51,933 nucleotides of DNA, from IMG/VR virus record IMGVR_UViG_3300043707_000134, positions 1-51,933 of that record; one strand, given 5' to 3'. Under the pieces are notes generated by a model, which searched no databases, was not told the DNA's origin, and saw nothing but the letters and a program-made list of their open reading frames with translations. A program made the translations under genes and the position numbers. Shown piece by piece: positions 37,199 to 46,295 of the stretch (position 1 is the first letter of the stretch; each line of letters begins with the position of its first letter). The DNA comes from a virus. Taxonomy: Duplodnaviria > Caudoviricetes.

Positions 37199-37642
37199 TC
37201 AGTTCGTCCGCTGAAAGTTGGGTAGAAAAAAAGGGGCCAGCTTCCAGGCCATGTCGTTCCAGTCCTGGAGGTCCATGGCCTGGATCGATTTAGGAGACAC
37301 GTTGGCGAGCCACGCCATCATCTGGGTCATCTTCTGGGTGTTGAACACCGGCCGCGGCGGAAAGCCGTGAGTGAAGTCGAACTCGACCGGGATGCCAATG
37401 CGCTCTATGTCAGAGACGCTAGGCTGTCGACACACAAGCATCTCAGTGTGGTCCGAGAGATGAGTCGCGATCGACTTCGTCAGCTTGATCGACAGCTTAG
37501 GCTCATCCTTAACGATCGGCTCTGGAGGCAGCGGCGCGAGGTCCTCATTAGGAGGAGGTCCGTTGGGCTCAACGCCACCACCATTAGTTGCTCGCTGAGC
37601 GTGCCCCGCGATATCAACTGGGCGAGGTTCTACCATGATCAT
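37199..37642 (-). CDS. tail assembly chaperone (with -1 frameshift extension to 37047)
   Basis: Lies between tube and tape measure; slippery CCCTTTTTTT near 3' end. Confidence 0.8.
   Translation of the reverse strand: MIMVEPRPVDIAGHAQRATNGGGVEPNGPPPNEDLAPLPPEPIVKDEPKLSIKLTKSIATHLSDHTEMLVCRQPSVSDIERIGIPVEFDFTHGFPPRPVFNTQKMTQMMAWLANVSPKSIQAMDLQDWNDMAWKLAPFFLPNFQRTN
37226..37236 (-). other. programmed -1 ribosomal frameshift site
   Basis: GCC CCT TTT TTT CTA; the -1 frame stays open for about 59 codons (STQLSADELILSCYRLAKYYNTPPDYF...RNG*). Confidence 0.75.
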
Positions 37643-38004
37643 CCACCAATCTCAGTGCACGATAACCCCTCGAACCTAACGTGCGTCATGCCCTGCGCTG
37701 TATTGATCTCTCGAGGGTTGGAGACCCACGCGTTGCGCAAGACGTAGCTCCTCCCGTTAATCAAGTCCGCCTGCACGGTGCAGTCGGTGTAGTTCTCGAA
37801 GACGTCCCATCCGATCTCACCCTGAGTCGTTAGGTCCATCTCGATGTACGGGACCACAGGAGCCTCCGTGTAACCGTGAATCTTGTCTTGACCGGCGACG
37901 CCGGTCCGCTGCACTCTGCTCGGCATCACGGTCAAGTTGCCGCGCAGCGGATACTGGGCACCGTCAACGAATATGTAGGCGGTGCCGCCAACAGGTTGAC
38001 CCAT
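37639..38004 (-). CDS. tail tube protein (Mu gpM-like)
   Basis: VGGTAYIFVDG..LRG...GQDKIHGYTE..VPYIE...LINGRSYVLRNAW; follows sheath. Confidence 0.9.
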   Translation of the reverse strand: MGQPVGGTAYIFVDGAQYPLRGNLTVMPSRVQRTGVAGQDKIHGYTEAPVVPYIEMDLTTQGEIGWDVFENYTDCTVQADLINGRSYVLRNAWVSNPREINTAQGMTHVRFEGLSCTEIGG

Positions 38005-38042
38005 AACTCTCTCCTTTCAGGTTTGCGACGGCAGGTCCCAAA

Positions 38043-39611
38043 CTATGACTGCGATATGACGTAGTCGACGCCACGATTGTACTGGAGTCGATACTGAGCA
38101 AGGACGGCGAATATGCGAAGCTGATTAACGAGATCGGGCGGCCAAAGCACATCGAGCCTGTTCGGATTATTGATGTTGCGCTCCACGATCAGATTGTCCT
38201 TGAACGCCTGGAGATTCTCGACGAGACCGTTGTACTCGTCGATCGCGTACTGGTTACACAACTCGCCCTTGATGATCTTGGGCGTGACGATAGCCTGGCC
38301 GGGGCCGAACAGTGTGCCGTCGTCAGCGAGTTTGTGGCGCGGATACTTACTCGTAACCATCTGCCGCTGGTTGCGAATAATGGTGGCGAGAGTCGCTAAG
38401 GTCGTAACGAGCTCTAGCGCGTCGTCGGGTATCCCATAGACGTTGCGCTGATAGTTCGTGCTATCGCGCATGATCATCGGTACGTTGTTGCCACTCAAGC
38501 GCTGGGTAGCCAGGCCGCGGCCAGCCAAGGCGTTTAGCTCCATCCAAATCCAGCGGTTCTCCTTCGCCGCAGGGAGGATGCCTGTGAGCTCGAGCGTTTG
38601 AAGCGGACGGGCCGGATCATTGAGAAGGGCTCGCCCAGCCTTGCTAGCATATGCCGCGGAGACCTCCCACACGGTTGACGGAGTGTCCCACTCCATGCTC
38701 ATTGTAGAGATCATGCCGCTGTTGTTGTACTGACCCCACGCGAGGCTCTCAGCGTACTTCCCACGATAGGCCGAGAAGATTATTCCGAACAGCTGGCGCA
38801 TCCAACCCCAGCGTCCTGTGTCCAGGCGAAAGTCGAACTCGTTCCCCCACACCATGTACGAACCGGTGTCGGTGAAGGGGAGCGCCACATATTCGAACGG
38901 CTCGTCGCCCATGTTTATGATCGCGTCGGTGAACGTTGGGACTCCGGTGCCGCCAGTGAGGCGACCAGGATCTTGTACCGTTCCAGAGTACGTCACCGCC
39001 ATGCCGATCGGCATCTCCTGGCCGCCGCGCTTGCCGAGATAGTTATCGCGCAGATTGATGTCGTTGCCGGTGATGCCCTTCCACTTGCACGTCAGGTTCA
39101 CAGTGTCAGTATTGGTGCTGTCAGCCTCGGCCGTCACCGGCAGTGACACCGTGGCGTTGATCGTATCCGCTATCGCAGAGGCGACGACGGCCTCCGTGTC
39201 GGTCCCCTGCACGCCTACCGAGATGTGTTGACCCGCGATGTACAGGTCGAAGGTCCCAGGTATCGTCGGCGCCGCGGTGACTTTGATCGTTCCACTCGCC
39301 GCGACTCCCGCAGTCGGCTCTGGGATCGGAAGCCCAAAGACCAGCATCGCGAAGTTGTTGGCAAAGAACGATCTGAACATGGCCTCTAGCATCGAACCAG
39401 CCCCGAAGCGCCGAGTCGCGTCGTCCATATTTCCGATGGGAATGGGAGTATTCGGCGCAGTCTCGGTGTCAGACAGGGCCTGAGCGTCGGCGTGGCCCAC
39501 CAACAGAGCTTGCGGCTCGAAGACGGGGAGACCCGCTTTCGATGGATCAACCTCGACCCAGTACAACGGCATGCGCCAGTTCGCTGGAAAATAGTTAAAC
39601 GAGATCGGCAT
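38043..39611 (-). CDS. tail sheath protein (Mu gpL-like)
   Basis: RMPLYWVEVDPS, FGAGSML, DPARPLQTL, YPRHKLADDG, PNRLDVLWPPDLVNQLRIFA. Confidence 0.95.
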   Translation of the reverse strand: MPISFNYFPANWRMPLYWVEVDPSKAGLPVFEPQALLVGHADAQALSDTETAPNTPIPIGNMDDATRRFGAGSMLEAMFRSFFANNFAMLVFGLPIPEPTAGVAASGTIKVTAAPTIPGTFDLYIAGQHISVGVQGTDTEAVVASAIADTINATVSLPVTAEADSTNTDTVNLTCKWKGITGNDINLRDNYLGKRGGQEMPIGMAVTYSGTVQDPGRLTGGTGVPTFTDAIINMGDEPFEYVALPFTDTGSYMVWGNEFDFRLDTGRWGWMRQLFGIIFSAYRGKYAESLAWGQYNNSGMISTMSMEWDTPSTVWEVSAAYASKAGRALLNDPARPLQTLELTGILPAAKENRWIWMELNALAGRGLATQRLSGNNVPMIMRDSTNYQRNVYGIPDDALELVTTLATLATIIRNQRQMVTSKYPRHKLADDGTLFGPGQAIVTPKIIKGELCNQYAIDEYNGLVENLQAFKDNLIVERNINNPNRLDVLWPPDLVNQLRIFAVLAQYRLQYNRGVDYVISQS

Positions 39612-39674
39612 GACTGCTCTCCTTTCATGCGAGCGCGGTTATGCCTCCCGCGCTGGCGGGACGGTTCTAGAACT

Positions 39675-40085
39675 CTACTCTTGTGACGTCGAAGAACTTC
39701 GAGGCGGGCGACGCGGAGGAGACACCTTCGGCGTCTGATCCTGATCCTCCATCATCTTGATGTCGCCGTCTCGTATGCGCCTCATTGTGAACTGATCCAT
39801 CGGCCAAGCTGCTCCGCCCTTGTCGCGAAATAAACCGGCGGTCGGGTGCCTGATGAGCTCGCGCATCTGAGCATCAGTAATGTCTGTGCCGTCAGGGTTC
39901 TTACCGTGTGCCACCGGCTCAACCATGACGGTCCCCTCCTTCGATCGCCTACGCTGCTCCTCGCGCAGCATCTGGCGACCCTCCGGGGTTCGAGCAAATG
40001 CCCTATCCTCAGGAAGCCGCCTGCTACTAGGATTCAGTAAGATGTTCTCAGTGAATCCAAGTGCTCCTACCGGTGGTCTTGCCAT
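39675..40085 (-). CDS. hypothetical protein (DUF2635/Mu gp38-like C-terminus)
   Basis: IRHP...WPMDQFTMRRIRDGD; upstream of sheath. Confidence 0.6.
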   Translation of the reverse strand: MARPPVGALGFTENILLNPSSRRLPEDRAFARTPEGRQMLREEQRRRSKEGTVMVEPVAHGKNPDGTDITDAQMRELIRHPTAGLFRDKGGAAWPMDQFTMRRIRDGDIKMMEDQDQTPKVSPPRRPPRSSSTSQE

Positions 40086-40105
40086 GTTCGACTCCTATTT
40101 GTTGT

Positions 40106-40492
40106 TCATCGCAACACTTGCCAATTCACGGTAACCAGCGTATTTTCAGGCGGCGCAATATCAACTGGCGTATAATTGCAAACTCTAAAACACGCCCAAT
40201 CATTCATTGAGAATCCGATTATCGAAAGCGCCCCTACGCCATTTGTTGAAGGGTCATTAGCAAACGACCATTGCAGCACATCGCTGCTCAAAATTCCGGT
40301 TGCGCCTTGCGACCGCAACATCATGCACGCGCCAGCCGTGATTAGCGGGTCCAGAAAGAATTGATATTGTCCGCTGGCGACTATTTGAATGCCGCCGCCG
40401 TTTCCACCGCCTGCCCCAACGTCAGCCTTTCCAGCGAACGCGTCGTTGAGTTCTTGCGCTGTCAGCGCGACGCCATCAACAAAGTCAGTCAT
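40106..40492 (-). CDS. hypothetical virion-associated protein
   Basis: 128 aa, FVDGVALTAQELND N-terminus; AT-richer. Confidence 0.65.
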   Translation of the reverse strand: MTDFVDGVALTAQELNDAFAGKADVGAGGGNGGGIQIVASGQYQFFLDPLITAGACMMLRSQGATGILSSDVLQWSFANDPSTNGVGALSIIGFSMNDWACFRVCNYTPVDIAPPENTLVTVNWQVLR

Positions 40493-40496
40493 ACCG

Positions 40497-40994
40497 CTAT
40501 CCTAAAACGTCAGGCCCGCCAAGGAGGCTCTCACCTAACACAAACAACTCTGGCTCCTCCGGAGGTTCCGGCTCGAGACCGTCATCCTTGACCACATCCT
40601 CCGGCCAATCAGGTTGACCTGGTCTCAGCTCGATGCACTGCATCCCCTCCCAACGAACTAATACCTTGCCGTCCCTCGCCTGCGCATCCAAGCCGCCCTT
40701 ACAGATCGCATTACGAAGAACGTAGTGGAGGCCGCCGCCAAACTGAACATTGATGGTTACGTCGGTCTGTCTCTCCAGTATCTCCAGATCAATACCAGGG
40801 AGAGGAAGCGTCAGCTCGCCCTCTACGAAGGGTGCTCGAAAAGTCTCAAGGTAGCCGTGCGCCAGACCCTCCTGACCAAAGATCATGTCTCGCTCAATCC
40901 TGCTCTGGCCAACCAAGAACGCCCCCTGAAGCGACAGCATCTTGCCGTCCACCTGGAGGAACGCGATGCCAGCTACTCGCTGCAGGGAGGGCAT
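40497..40994 (-). CDS. second tail tube-like paralogue with acidic C-terminal extension
   Basis: VAGIAFLQVDG..LQG...GQEGLAHGYLE..APFVE...YVLRNA..VRWEG..C.E aligns by eye to 37639..38004. Confidence 0.75.
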   Translation of the reverse strand: MPSLQRVAGIAFLQVDGKMLSLQGAFLVGQSRIERDMIFGQEGLAHGYLETFRAPFVEGELTLPLPGIDLEILERQTDVTINVQFGGGLHYVLRNAICKGGLDAQARDGKVLVRWEGMQCIELRPGQPDWPEDVVKDDGLEPEPPEEPELFVLGESLLGGPDVLG

Positions 40995-40998
40995 TGGG

Positions 40999-41667
40999 CT
41001 ACTGCTGGATCGTTGGAGGAGTCTTGGTCACCTCACCCGTAACCGGATCGAAGAAGTACTTGGTTTTGATCGGAGCCATCTTACCGTTGAGCCTCGTATA
41101 GACGTCCATCCTCAGGAAGTCGTCAGTGATGAGCGGCCACCATGACGTCCTGTACAGGCACGAGACCTCGTACTGTAGCTCCGCCAGCGGGGTCGTGTTA
41201 TCCAGCATCATGCTCCCGAATACGTGGCGCCTCACCCCTCTGGTCAGGCTCTCGACCCTGACGTTGTTCGGATTAGATGAGGTCGAGGCGTCGAACAGGT
41301 TCGTAACTCTGGCGTCGGTCCACAACCGATCCATGATCTGACAGAACGCGGAGTCGATGGTCCTCTCCGCCAACTCCTCGTCATTCATGGCTATGATCAC
41401 TGAGAAGCCGATGCGAGCCGTATGAACGAACCTAACCGTTCCCACATTGGCGTCTCCGTCGGGGGCCATCACCTCGTCTATAATGTAGACCCCCAGATAG
41501 GGAAGGTCCTCGGGCTGAACCTGAAGTCGCTTCGTCTTCCTCTTCTCATACCCAGAGAAGAATGGGACGTCAGCCAGAGAGTCAAAGAACACATCGCGGA
41601 TAGCGTATGAGTAGCTCTGACCTCCTACTCCCTCTGCTATCCTCTCTCTGGTGGCAGTCGTACCCAA
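40999..41667 (-). CDS. putative tail terminator/neck protein
   Basis: Position after head-tail joining gene; LPYLGVYI; start codon uncertain. Confidence 0.6.
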   Translation of the reverse strand: MGTTATRERIAEGVGGQSYSYAIRDVFFDSLADVPFFSGYEKRKTKRLQVQPEDLPYLGVYIIDEVMAPDGDANVGTVRFVHTARIGFSVIIAMNDEELAERTIDSAFCQIMDRLWTDARVTNLFDASTSSNPNNVRVESLTRGVRRHVFGSMMLDNTTPLAELQYEVSCLYRTSWWPLITDDFLRMDVYTRLNGKMAPIKTKYFFDPVTGEVTKTPPTIQQ

Positions 41668-42018
41668 TCACTCCTCCCACTTGCGGAGGGTCAGCGTGGT
41701 CTCTCCTCCCCCGTTCGTATCTGAGTCGATGATCTCCCACTCGCCCTGGTTCACTCCGTTGCAGTCGGCCGGGATGACGACCCGATCTCCGCGCAGAGGG
41801 ATGAGCGGGAACTCGCTCTCGCGTATGTCCAGGATGGTCTTCTGGTCTGAGTAGATCGAGTTGTCCATGGCCAAAACGTCTTGCTCTCTCGTGTCAAAGA
41901 TGCCTCTGCCGACAAACGCTGCGATCCCGGGCTGGGACTTGACCAGCTTGAAGGTAACATCGATCGCGAACTGATCCATGCACGGACCATAGACGAGCGT
42001 CGAGAAGTTCAATCCCAT
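41668..42018 (-). CDS. head-tail joining protein (lambda gpFII-like)
   Basis: GIFD...LDIRESEF..PLRGDRV...DTNGGGETTLTLR. Confidence 0.65.
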   Translation of the reverse strand: MGLNFSTLVYGPCMDQFAIDVTFKLVKSQPGIAAFVGRGIFDTREQDVLAMDNSIYSDQKTILDIRESEFPLIPLRGDRVVIPADCNGVNQGEWEIIDSDTNGGGETTLTLRKWEE

Positions 42019-42395
42019 CTAATCTTCTCCTGTCCCAAGCGAAGCATCCTGGAGTTGAACCGCTCGACGAGCTCCTCGCGAAGGATCGGCCTGGCCGCTC
42101 CGGCTCGCCCCGCACCGGTCCTGGGCCTGGCTCGCTTGCGTCTCCTTATCAGCGGTTTAACCCCTGGCGAGTGGGTCCTCATCTGGAGCGCCGTCCTAGA
42201 GGTCGGCCAAACTGTGGTTCCTGCGGAGTTCCCAGATGTAGCCGTCTCCGGATACTGGCGATGCATGTCCTCGATCTGCCAGTTCTGGACCTCCGCCGGC
42301 AGGTCAGTACCGACGAGGGTGCTCATCCTCTCAGCCAGGGCCTCAAGCCGATCGGCGATCTTGCCAACATTCTCTACGGAGAGACTGATCTTCAC
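42009..42395 (-). CDS. putative neck/tail-completion protein
   Basis: GTG start overlapping upstream TGA; C-terminal ARPILR; in frame with ORF 42009..42683. Confidence 0.55.
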   Translation of the reverse strand: MKISLSVENVGKIADRLEALAERMSTLVGTDLPAEVQNWQIEDMHRQYPETATSGNSAGTTVWPTSRTALQMRTHSPGVKPLIRRRKRARPRTGAGRAGAARPILREELVERFNSRMLRLGQEKIRWD

Positions 42396-43021
42396 ACCCA
42401 GAACCTCGTGAAGTGATAGAGCAGGGCCGCAGCCGTGTTCATCCCGGTGGCCAAGGGACCCAGCTGCTGAGCGCTGCCGCCGCCGGTACCGCTGTCGTAA
42501 AACATGACGCGGGCCTCCTTGTGTGAGATGCTGCGTATGCCCGAGATGGCCTCTTTGGTGGCCTGAGACTTGCCGGATCGAATCAGCATCTCGAGCACAG
42601 TCTTTAACGCCGAGGGAGCCTCCTCGGGGAGCTCGAAGCCGCCCGTATAGGTGACCTGGATTGGCTCCGCCTTGGACCCCCACAGCGCCAGCTTGCCGCT
42701 TCTCTCCTCCAGCTCCCAGTCCGTAGTCTCAGTACCGCGCGGACATTCAACGCTCTCAATATCCTCCTCCTTCACCGGCCAGTGACTCAAGAACACTCTG
42801 TTGCTCATGAGGCAGCGCCAAGTCTCCCTCACCTTCTCACGGGCAAACACGCGATTGCACATGACGCTGATTACGTCCGAGTACTGAGTGATAAACTCCT
42901 GAAGCTGAGCGTCCTGACTCACATCGGAGGGGTCAAGGCCCATCATCTTCTTCAGCTCATCCAGCGTCATGAGATCGAAGGAGGCCGCAGGCTCCAATAC
43001 CTTTATGATGATGTCTACCAT
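42392..43021 (-). CDS. head-tail connector/adaptor (HK97 gp6-like)
   Basis: LMTLDELK..G...D..L..FI...CNRVF...VTYTGGF..P..AP..LK. Confidence 0.75.
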   Translation of the reverse strand: MVDIIIKVLEPAASFDLMTLDELKKMMGLDPSDVSQDAQLQEFITQYSDVISVMCNRVFAREKVRETWRCLMSNRVFLSHWPVKEEDIESVECPRGTETTDWELEERSGKLALWGSKAEPIQVTYTGGFELPEEAPSALKTVLEMLIRSGKSQATKEAISGIRSISHKEARVMFYDSGTGGGSAQQLGPLATGMNTAAALLYHFTRFWV

Positions 43022-44469
43022 CAGCCGGCCTCTTCCTGGAACTGCTCGAACAACTCTCTCATGTTAATGGGCGGGACCTCGCTTCCGTCAGACATGATCG
43101 GGAGGACAACGAACTTCGACCGATCAATCTTCCAGTCAACGATCGTAGCTGCCGCGGGTCCCGCATCACCCTTAGCACCGCGCTCGCCGCGAGGTCCCGC
43201 CACTCCCTGCTTGCCAGGCTTCCCGGCAGAGGCGATCAGTTGCCAGTCCGGCCCGGGGCAGGGTCCCGGTTGCTCCTTCTTCGCGATGAACGAGCTTCCA
43301 TTGAGTGCGACCACATCAAACGTCTGATAGCTCGCCTCCTCCTTGTACGTTCCTCGTATCGTAGGTGAGCGAGCGTCTCTGCCTCTCTCAGCGAGCCTGA
43401 TCCAGTCATCTCCCCCAGGAGACTGGGCTGTGTCTCTGAGTGCCTGGAAGGTTGAGCCCTCGTACACAACTACATCGCTCTCGTAATAAACCTTGCCGAG
43501 CTCGTACACCCTCACCTTGGCGAGCTTACCGGCGGGACCCTCCTCGCCGCGCTCGCCTCTCTCGCCCTGCGGGCCAGTATCTCCGCGCTCTCCCTTGGGC
43601 CCTGACTCGCCGCGCTCGCCTGGGGCTCCGCGCTCGCCCTGCTCTCCGTCTTCTCCAGGAGGGCCGACCTCGCCCTGCTCTCCGCGATCACCTGCTCTGC
43701 CCTGCGGGCCAATTGCGCCCTGCTCTCCGCGCTCTCCCTTCTCGCCAACTTCGCCGCGTTCGCCCGCGACACCTTGTAAACCAGCGGGACCTTGCTCGCC
43801 CGGCTCTCCGCACTCACCCGACGGACCCTGCTCGCCCGCGGCTCCGGGCTCTCCACGCTCACCTTGAGCGCCTCGCTCTCCCGCTTCACCGCGCTCACCC
43901 ACGCTGCCCGGCTCTCCTGCTGGTCCCGCTGGTCCAGCGTCACCAGCGGGGCCCGGCCCGCCCTGCTCCCCACGCTCACCTTGCGCACCAGTCTCACCAG
44001 CCTCGCCTGCCTCGCCTGGAGGTCCTGCCTCGCCCTCAGGGCCGACTGGACCAGTCTCTCCTGGCTCGCCGCGATCGCCCTTTGGTCCGGCCTCGCCATC
44101 CTTGCCCGCTGCGCCATCCTTACCAGAAAGTCCGTCGACTCCATCCTTACCGTCTCGACCATTCTCTCCGTCCTTACCGTCCCTGCCATCTTTACCGTCA
44201 TGTACTTCAGCAAGCCTAGCATTGACTAACTGATTCGTAGTAGTAATAAACGAATTCGCTTCCATACGAAATGTAACGATATTGGCACGCAACTCAGCAA
44301 TCAATCGCCCCGCCTCTGCCTCCATCCTGGCTCGCTCGCGCTCCCAGTTCTTGCGCTCGGAGTCAACGATGCCAGAGAGGACCTCGCGCCACGCGTCAAG
44401 GAGACATTCTGTTGCGTCCGATTCGCTCGGCGCCGGCAATGATCTTTCTAATCTCTCGTTGGACGTCAT
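43021..44469 (-). CDS. collagen-like head/neck fibre protein
   Basis: Long uninterrupted Gly-X-Y run (GERGE repeats) after an N-terminal coiled coil. Confidence 0.85.
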   Translation of the reverse strand: MTSNERLERSLPAPSESDATECLLDAWREVLSGIVDSERKNWERERARMEAEAGRLIAELRANIVTFRMEANSFITTTNQLVNARLAEVHDGKDGRDGKDGENGRDGKDGVDGLSGKDGAAGKDGEAGPKGDRGEPGETGPVGPEGEAGPPGEAGEAGETGAQGERGEQGGPGPAGDAGPAGPAGEPGSVGERGEAGERGAQGERGEPGAAGEQGPSGECGEPGEQGPAGLQGVAGERGEVGEKGERGEQGAIGPQGRAGDRGEQGEVGPPGEDGEQGERGAPGERGESGPKGERGDTGPQGERGERGEEGPAGKLAKVRVYELGKVYYESDVVVYEGSTFQALRDTAQSPGGDDWIRLAERGRDARSPTIRGTYKEEASYQTFDVVALNGSSFIAKKEQPGPCPGPDWQLIASAGKPGKQGVAGPRGERGAKGDAGPAAATIVDWKIDRSKFVVLPIMSDGSEVPPINMRELFEQFQEEAG

Positions 44470-45817
44470 CTCTGTAGACCTTCGGGGCTGTGGGCCCGGC
44501 GGCCGGAGGAGCCGGAGGAACTAACGGACCGGCAAATGGGTTCTTGGGTACGCCGATCTGACTCGCAGCGCTCAGCGGCACCACCTGCTGCTGCACTCTA
44601 GGCTCATCGCCGTACTCCACGTGGTCCAGTCCCTCAGAGGACCTAGCCTCGTTGGGAGAGAAAATGCCACCCTGGACCCCCCGCGCCAGTGCGTCGATCC
44701 GCTCCTTCATGGCGGACCTGAGCAGGGCGCTCGTGTCAAACTCCGTGTACTCATCGGGCTGACCTTTCAGGCCGTAGAGCAGGTCGAATGCCTCCTCGAT
44801 GTGGTTCAAGCAGAAGCCCAAGCCGGAGGCGATCCAACTCCTCATCAGCGCCTCGGTCGAGGAGTACGGCGTGCCGCCAATACCGAGTATCTGAAGCGGA
44901 ACTCGAAAGACGAGCGCCACGTTCTCCTTGCTCATCCTCAGCATGTCCGCGATGGCGCTCTCCTTACCGGCGTGAGTGGCCCACGGCTGGACCTTCAAGC
45001 CAGCAGTGAGGATGGGAGTACCGCCCTGCTTGAGCTGCCTCGTCTGCTCATTCCACCTGTCTCGCAACGCCTGGACTTGATCCTTGTCGAGCACCATGTC
45101 CGTGCTCAGCACTGCGCTCGGCCTCGCCTCGTTCATGTAGAAGTTCATTTGCTGCCTGGCGATGGCAGAGCCGACTCCAATGTCTGCGGCGGCAGAGACC
45201 AGCGGAGAGACGCCAAACAGCGGCTTTGGGTATCTCTTAGTCGTGTTGAGGCGAACGTGAAGCACGTCGCGCTGGGGAGCCACGAGCTGCTCGTAGTTGA
45301 TACGCCGCTCTACGACCTCATTCCCCAGCAGGGTGTAGAACAGAGAGCCGTCGTAAGCCAAAGTTGGCACCGACATCTCTGGGTCCATGAGGTGGAGCTC
45401 ATCAATCTCATACCTATCATTTCGTAACCCGAGCGCGTAGGCGTTGCCGGTCAGGTACAACTGTCGCACGAGATTGAGCATGAAGTCGGAGGCCGTCTGG
45501 TAGTCGTTAGGGTGCCGCAGCACTCTAGACAGAGCAGACGTGGTGACTCGATCACGGCCTCCGTGATCATTAGCTCGCCAATGATCGCCCGGGCACATCG
45601 CAACGGTCTGCGAGTAGGCAGCAACGCAAGCCTCAACGATGGCCGAGCGATCATTTCCATACTCCGGGTCGTAACCCAGCTGCCACCAGTTCCAGAACTG
45701 GCCAGCCTCGGGAGAGAGCCAGCCTCCTGTTATCGGCAGCTGCCAAGGGCCGGGGCGAGTCTCACCCTCACCCTTGCGAATGAACGAGCCCACGATCCTC
45801 TGCAGAAAGCGATTCAT
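44396..45817 (-). CDS. portal protein, HK97 family
   Basis: LRHPNDYQT..F...LYLTGNAY, DVLHVR, GVSPL, RPSAVL, VFRVP, SPNEAR..EGL. Confidence 0.93.
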   Translation of the reverse strand: MNRFLQRIVGSFIRKGEGETRPGPWQLPITGGWLSPEAGQFWNWWQLGYDPEYGNDRSAIVEACVAAYSQTVAMCPGDHWRANDHGGRDRVTTSALSRVLRHPNDYQTASDFMLNLVRQLYLTGNAYALGLRNDRYEIDELHLMDPEMSVPTLAYDGSLFYTLLGNEVVERRINYEQLVAPQRDVLHVRLNTTKRYPKPLFGVSPLVSAAADIGVGSAIARQQMNFYMNEARPSAVLSTDMVLDKDQVQALRDRWNEQTRQLKQGGTPILTAGLKVQPWATHAGKESAIADMLRMSKENVALVFRVPLQILGIGGTPYSSTEALMRSWIASGLGFCLNHIEEAFDLLYGLKGQPDEYTEFDTSALLRSAMKERIDALARGVQGGIFSPNEARSSEGLDHVEYGDEPRVQQQVVPLSAASQIGVPKNPFAGPLVPPAPPAAGPTAPKVYRDDVQREIRKIIAGAERIGRNRMSP

Positions 45818-45906
45818 CAGGCGATCCGTCTAGGACCTTTTGAGTTACGACATATCCGCACTTGGCTAGGTCGTTCTCTCTCTGCGTGGGTGTGGGCCTG
45901 AAGCAC

Positions 45907-46200
45907 TCACTCGGTTGTTGCCCTAGAGGCGGGCGAGGCACGCGGGGTACTGGCCCGAGTCGCGTAGGTTCCTCCGCTCGACTGCGCTCTAAGGTCTCGC
46001 TGCTGGACGAAAGGGTCGGGGCCACTCCCGTCGTCTTCTTTGTGGTCGACGTGCGCGCCAACCGCGGCAAGGTCATTCTCCTTCTGAGTTGGGGTCGGGT
46101 GTGACTTCCCGATCGTCTCTGCGTGCTTCTTCTCATTCTCATCGAAGCGAGCACGATTCTCCGCTACGAGCTTCTCGGCTTCAGCTTTGGCATCTGCCAT
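45907..46200 (-). CDS. hypothetical head-associated protein
   Basis: 97 aa, GAGGAG RBS, PTPTQKENDLA motif. Confidence 0.75.
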   Translation of the reverse strand: MADAKAEAEKLVAENRARFDENEKKHAETIGKSHPTPTQKENDLAAVGAHVDHKEDDGSGPDPFVQQRDLRAQSSGGTYATRASTPRASPASRATTE

Positions 46201-46295
46201 TGTACTTCTCCTCAGCTAAGGAACAAGGGTGGCCGGTGCGGAGCCGCCAGGGAGGAGCCACGCACCGACCGATCACTTGGGCGCGACGGCTCTCG

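Noticed and set aside
43440-44230. Nucleotide repeats and long alternate-frame ORFs
   Set aside because: Explained by Gly-X-Y collagen coding in 43021..44469
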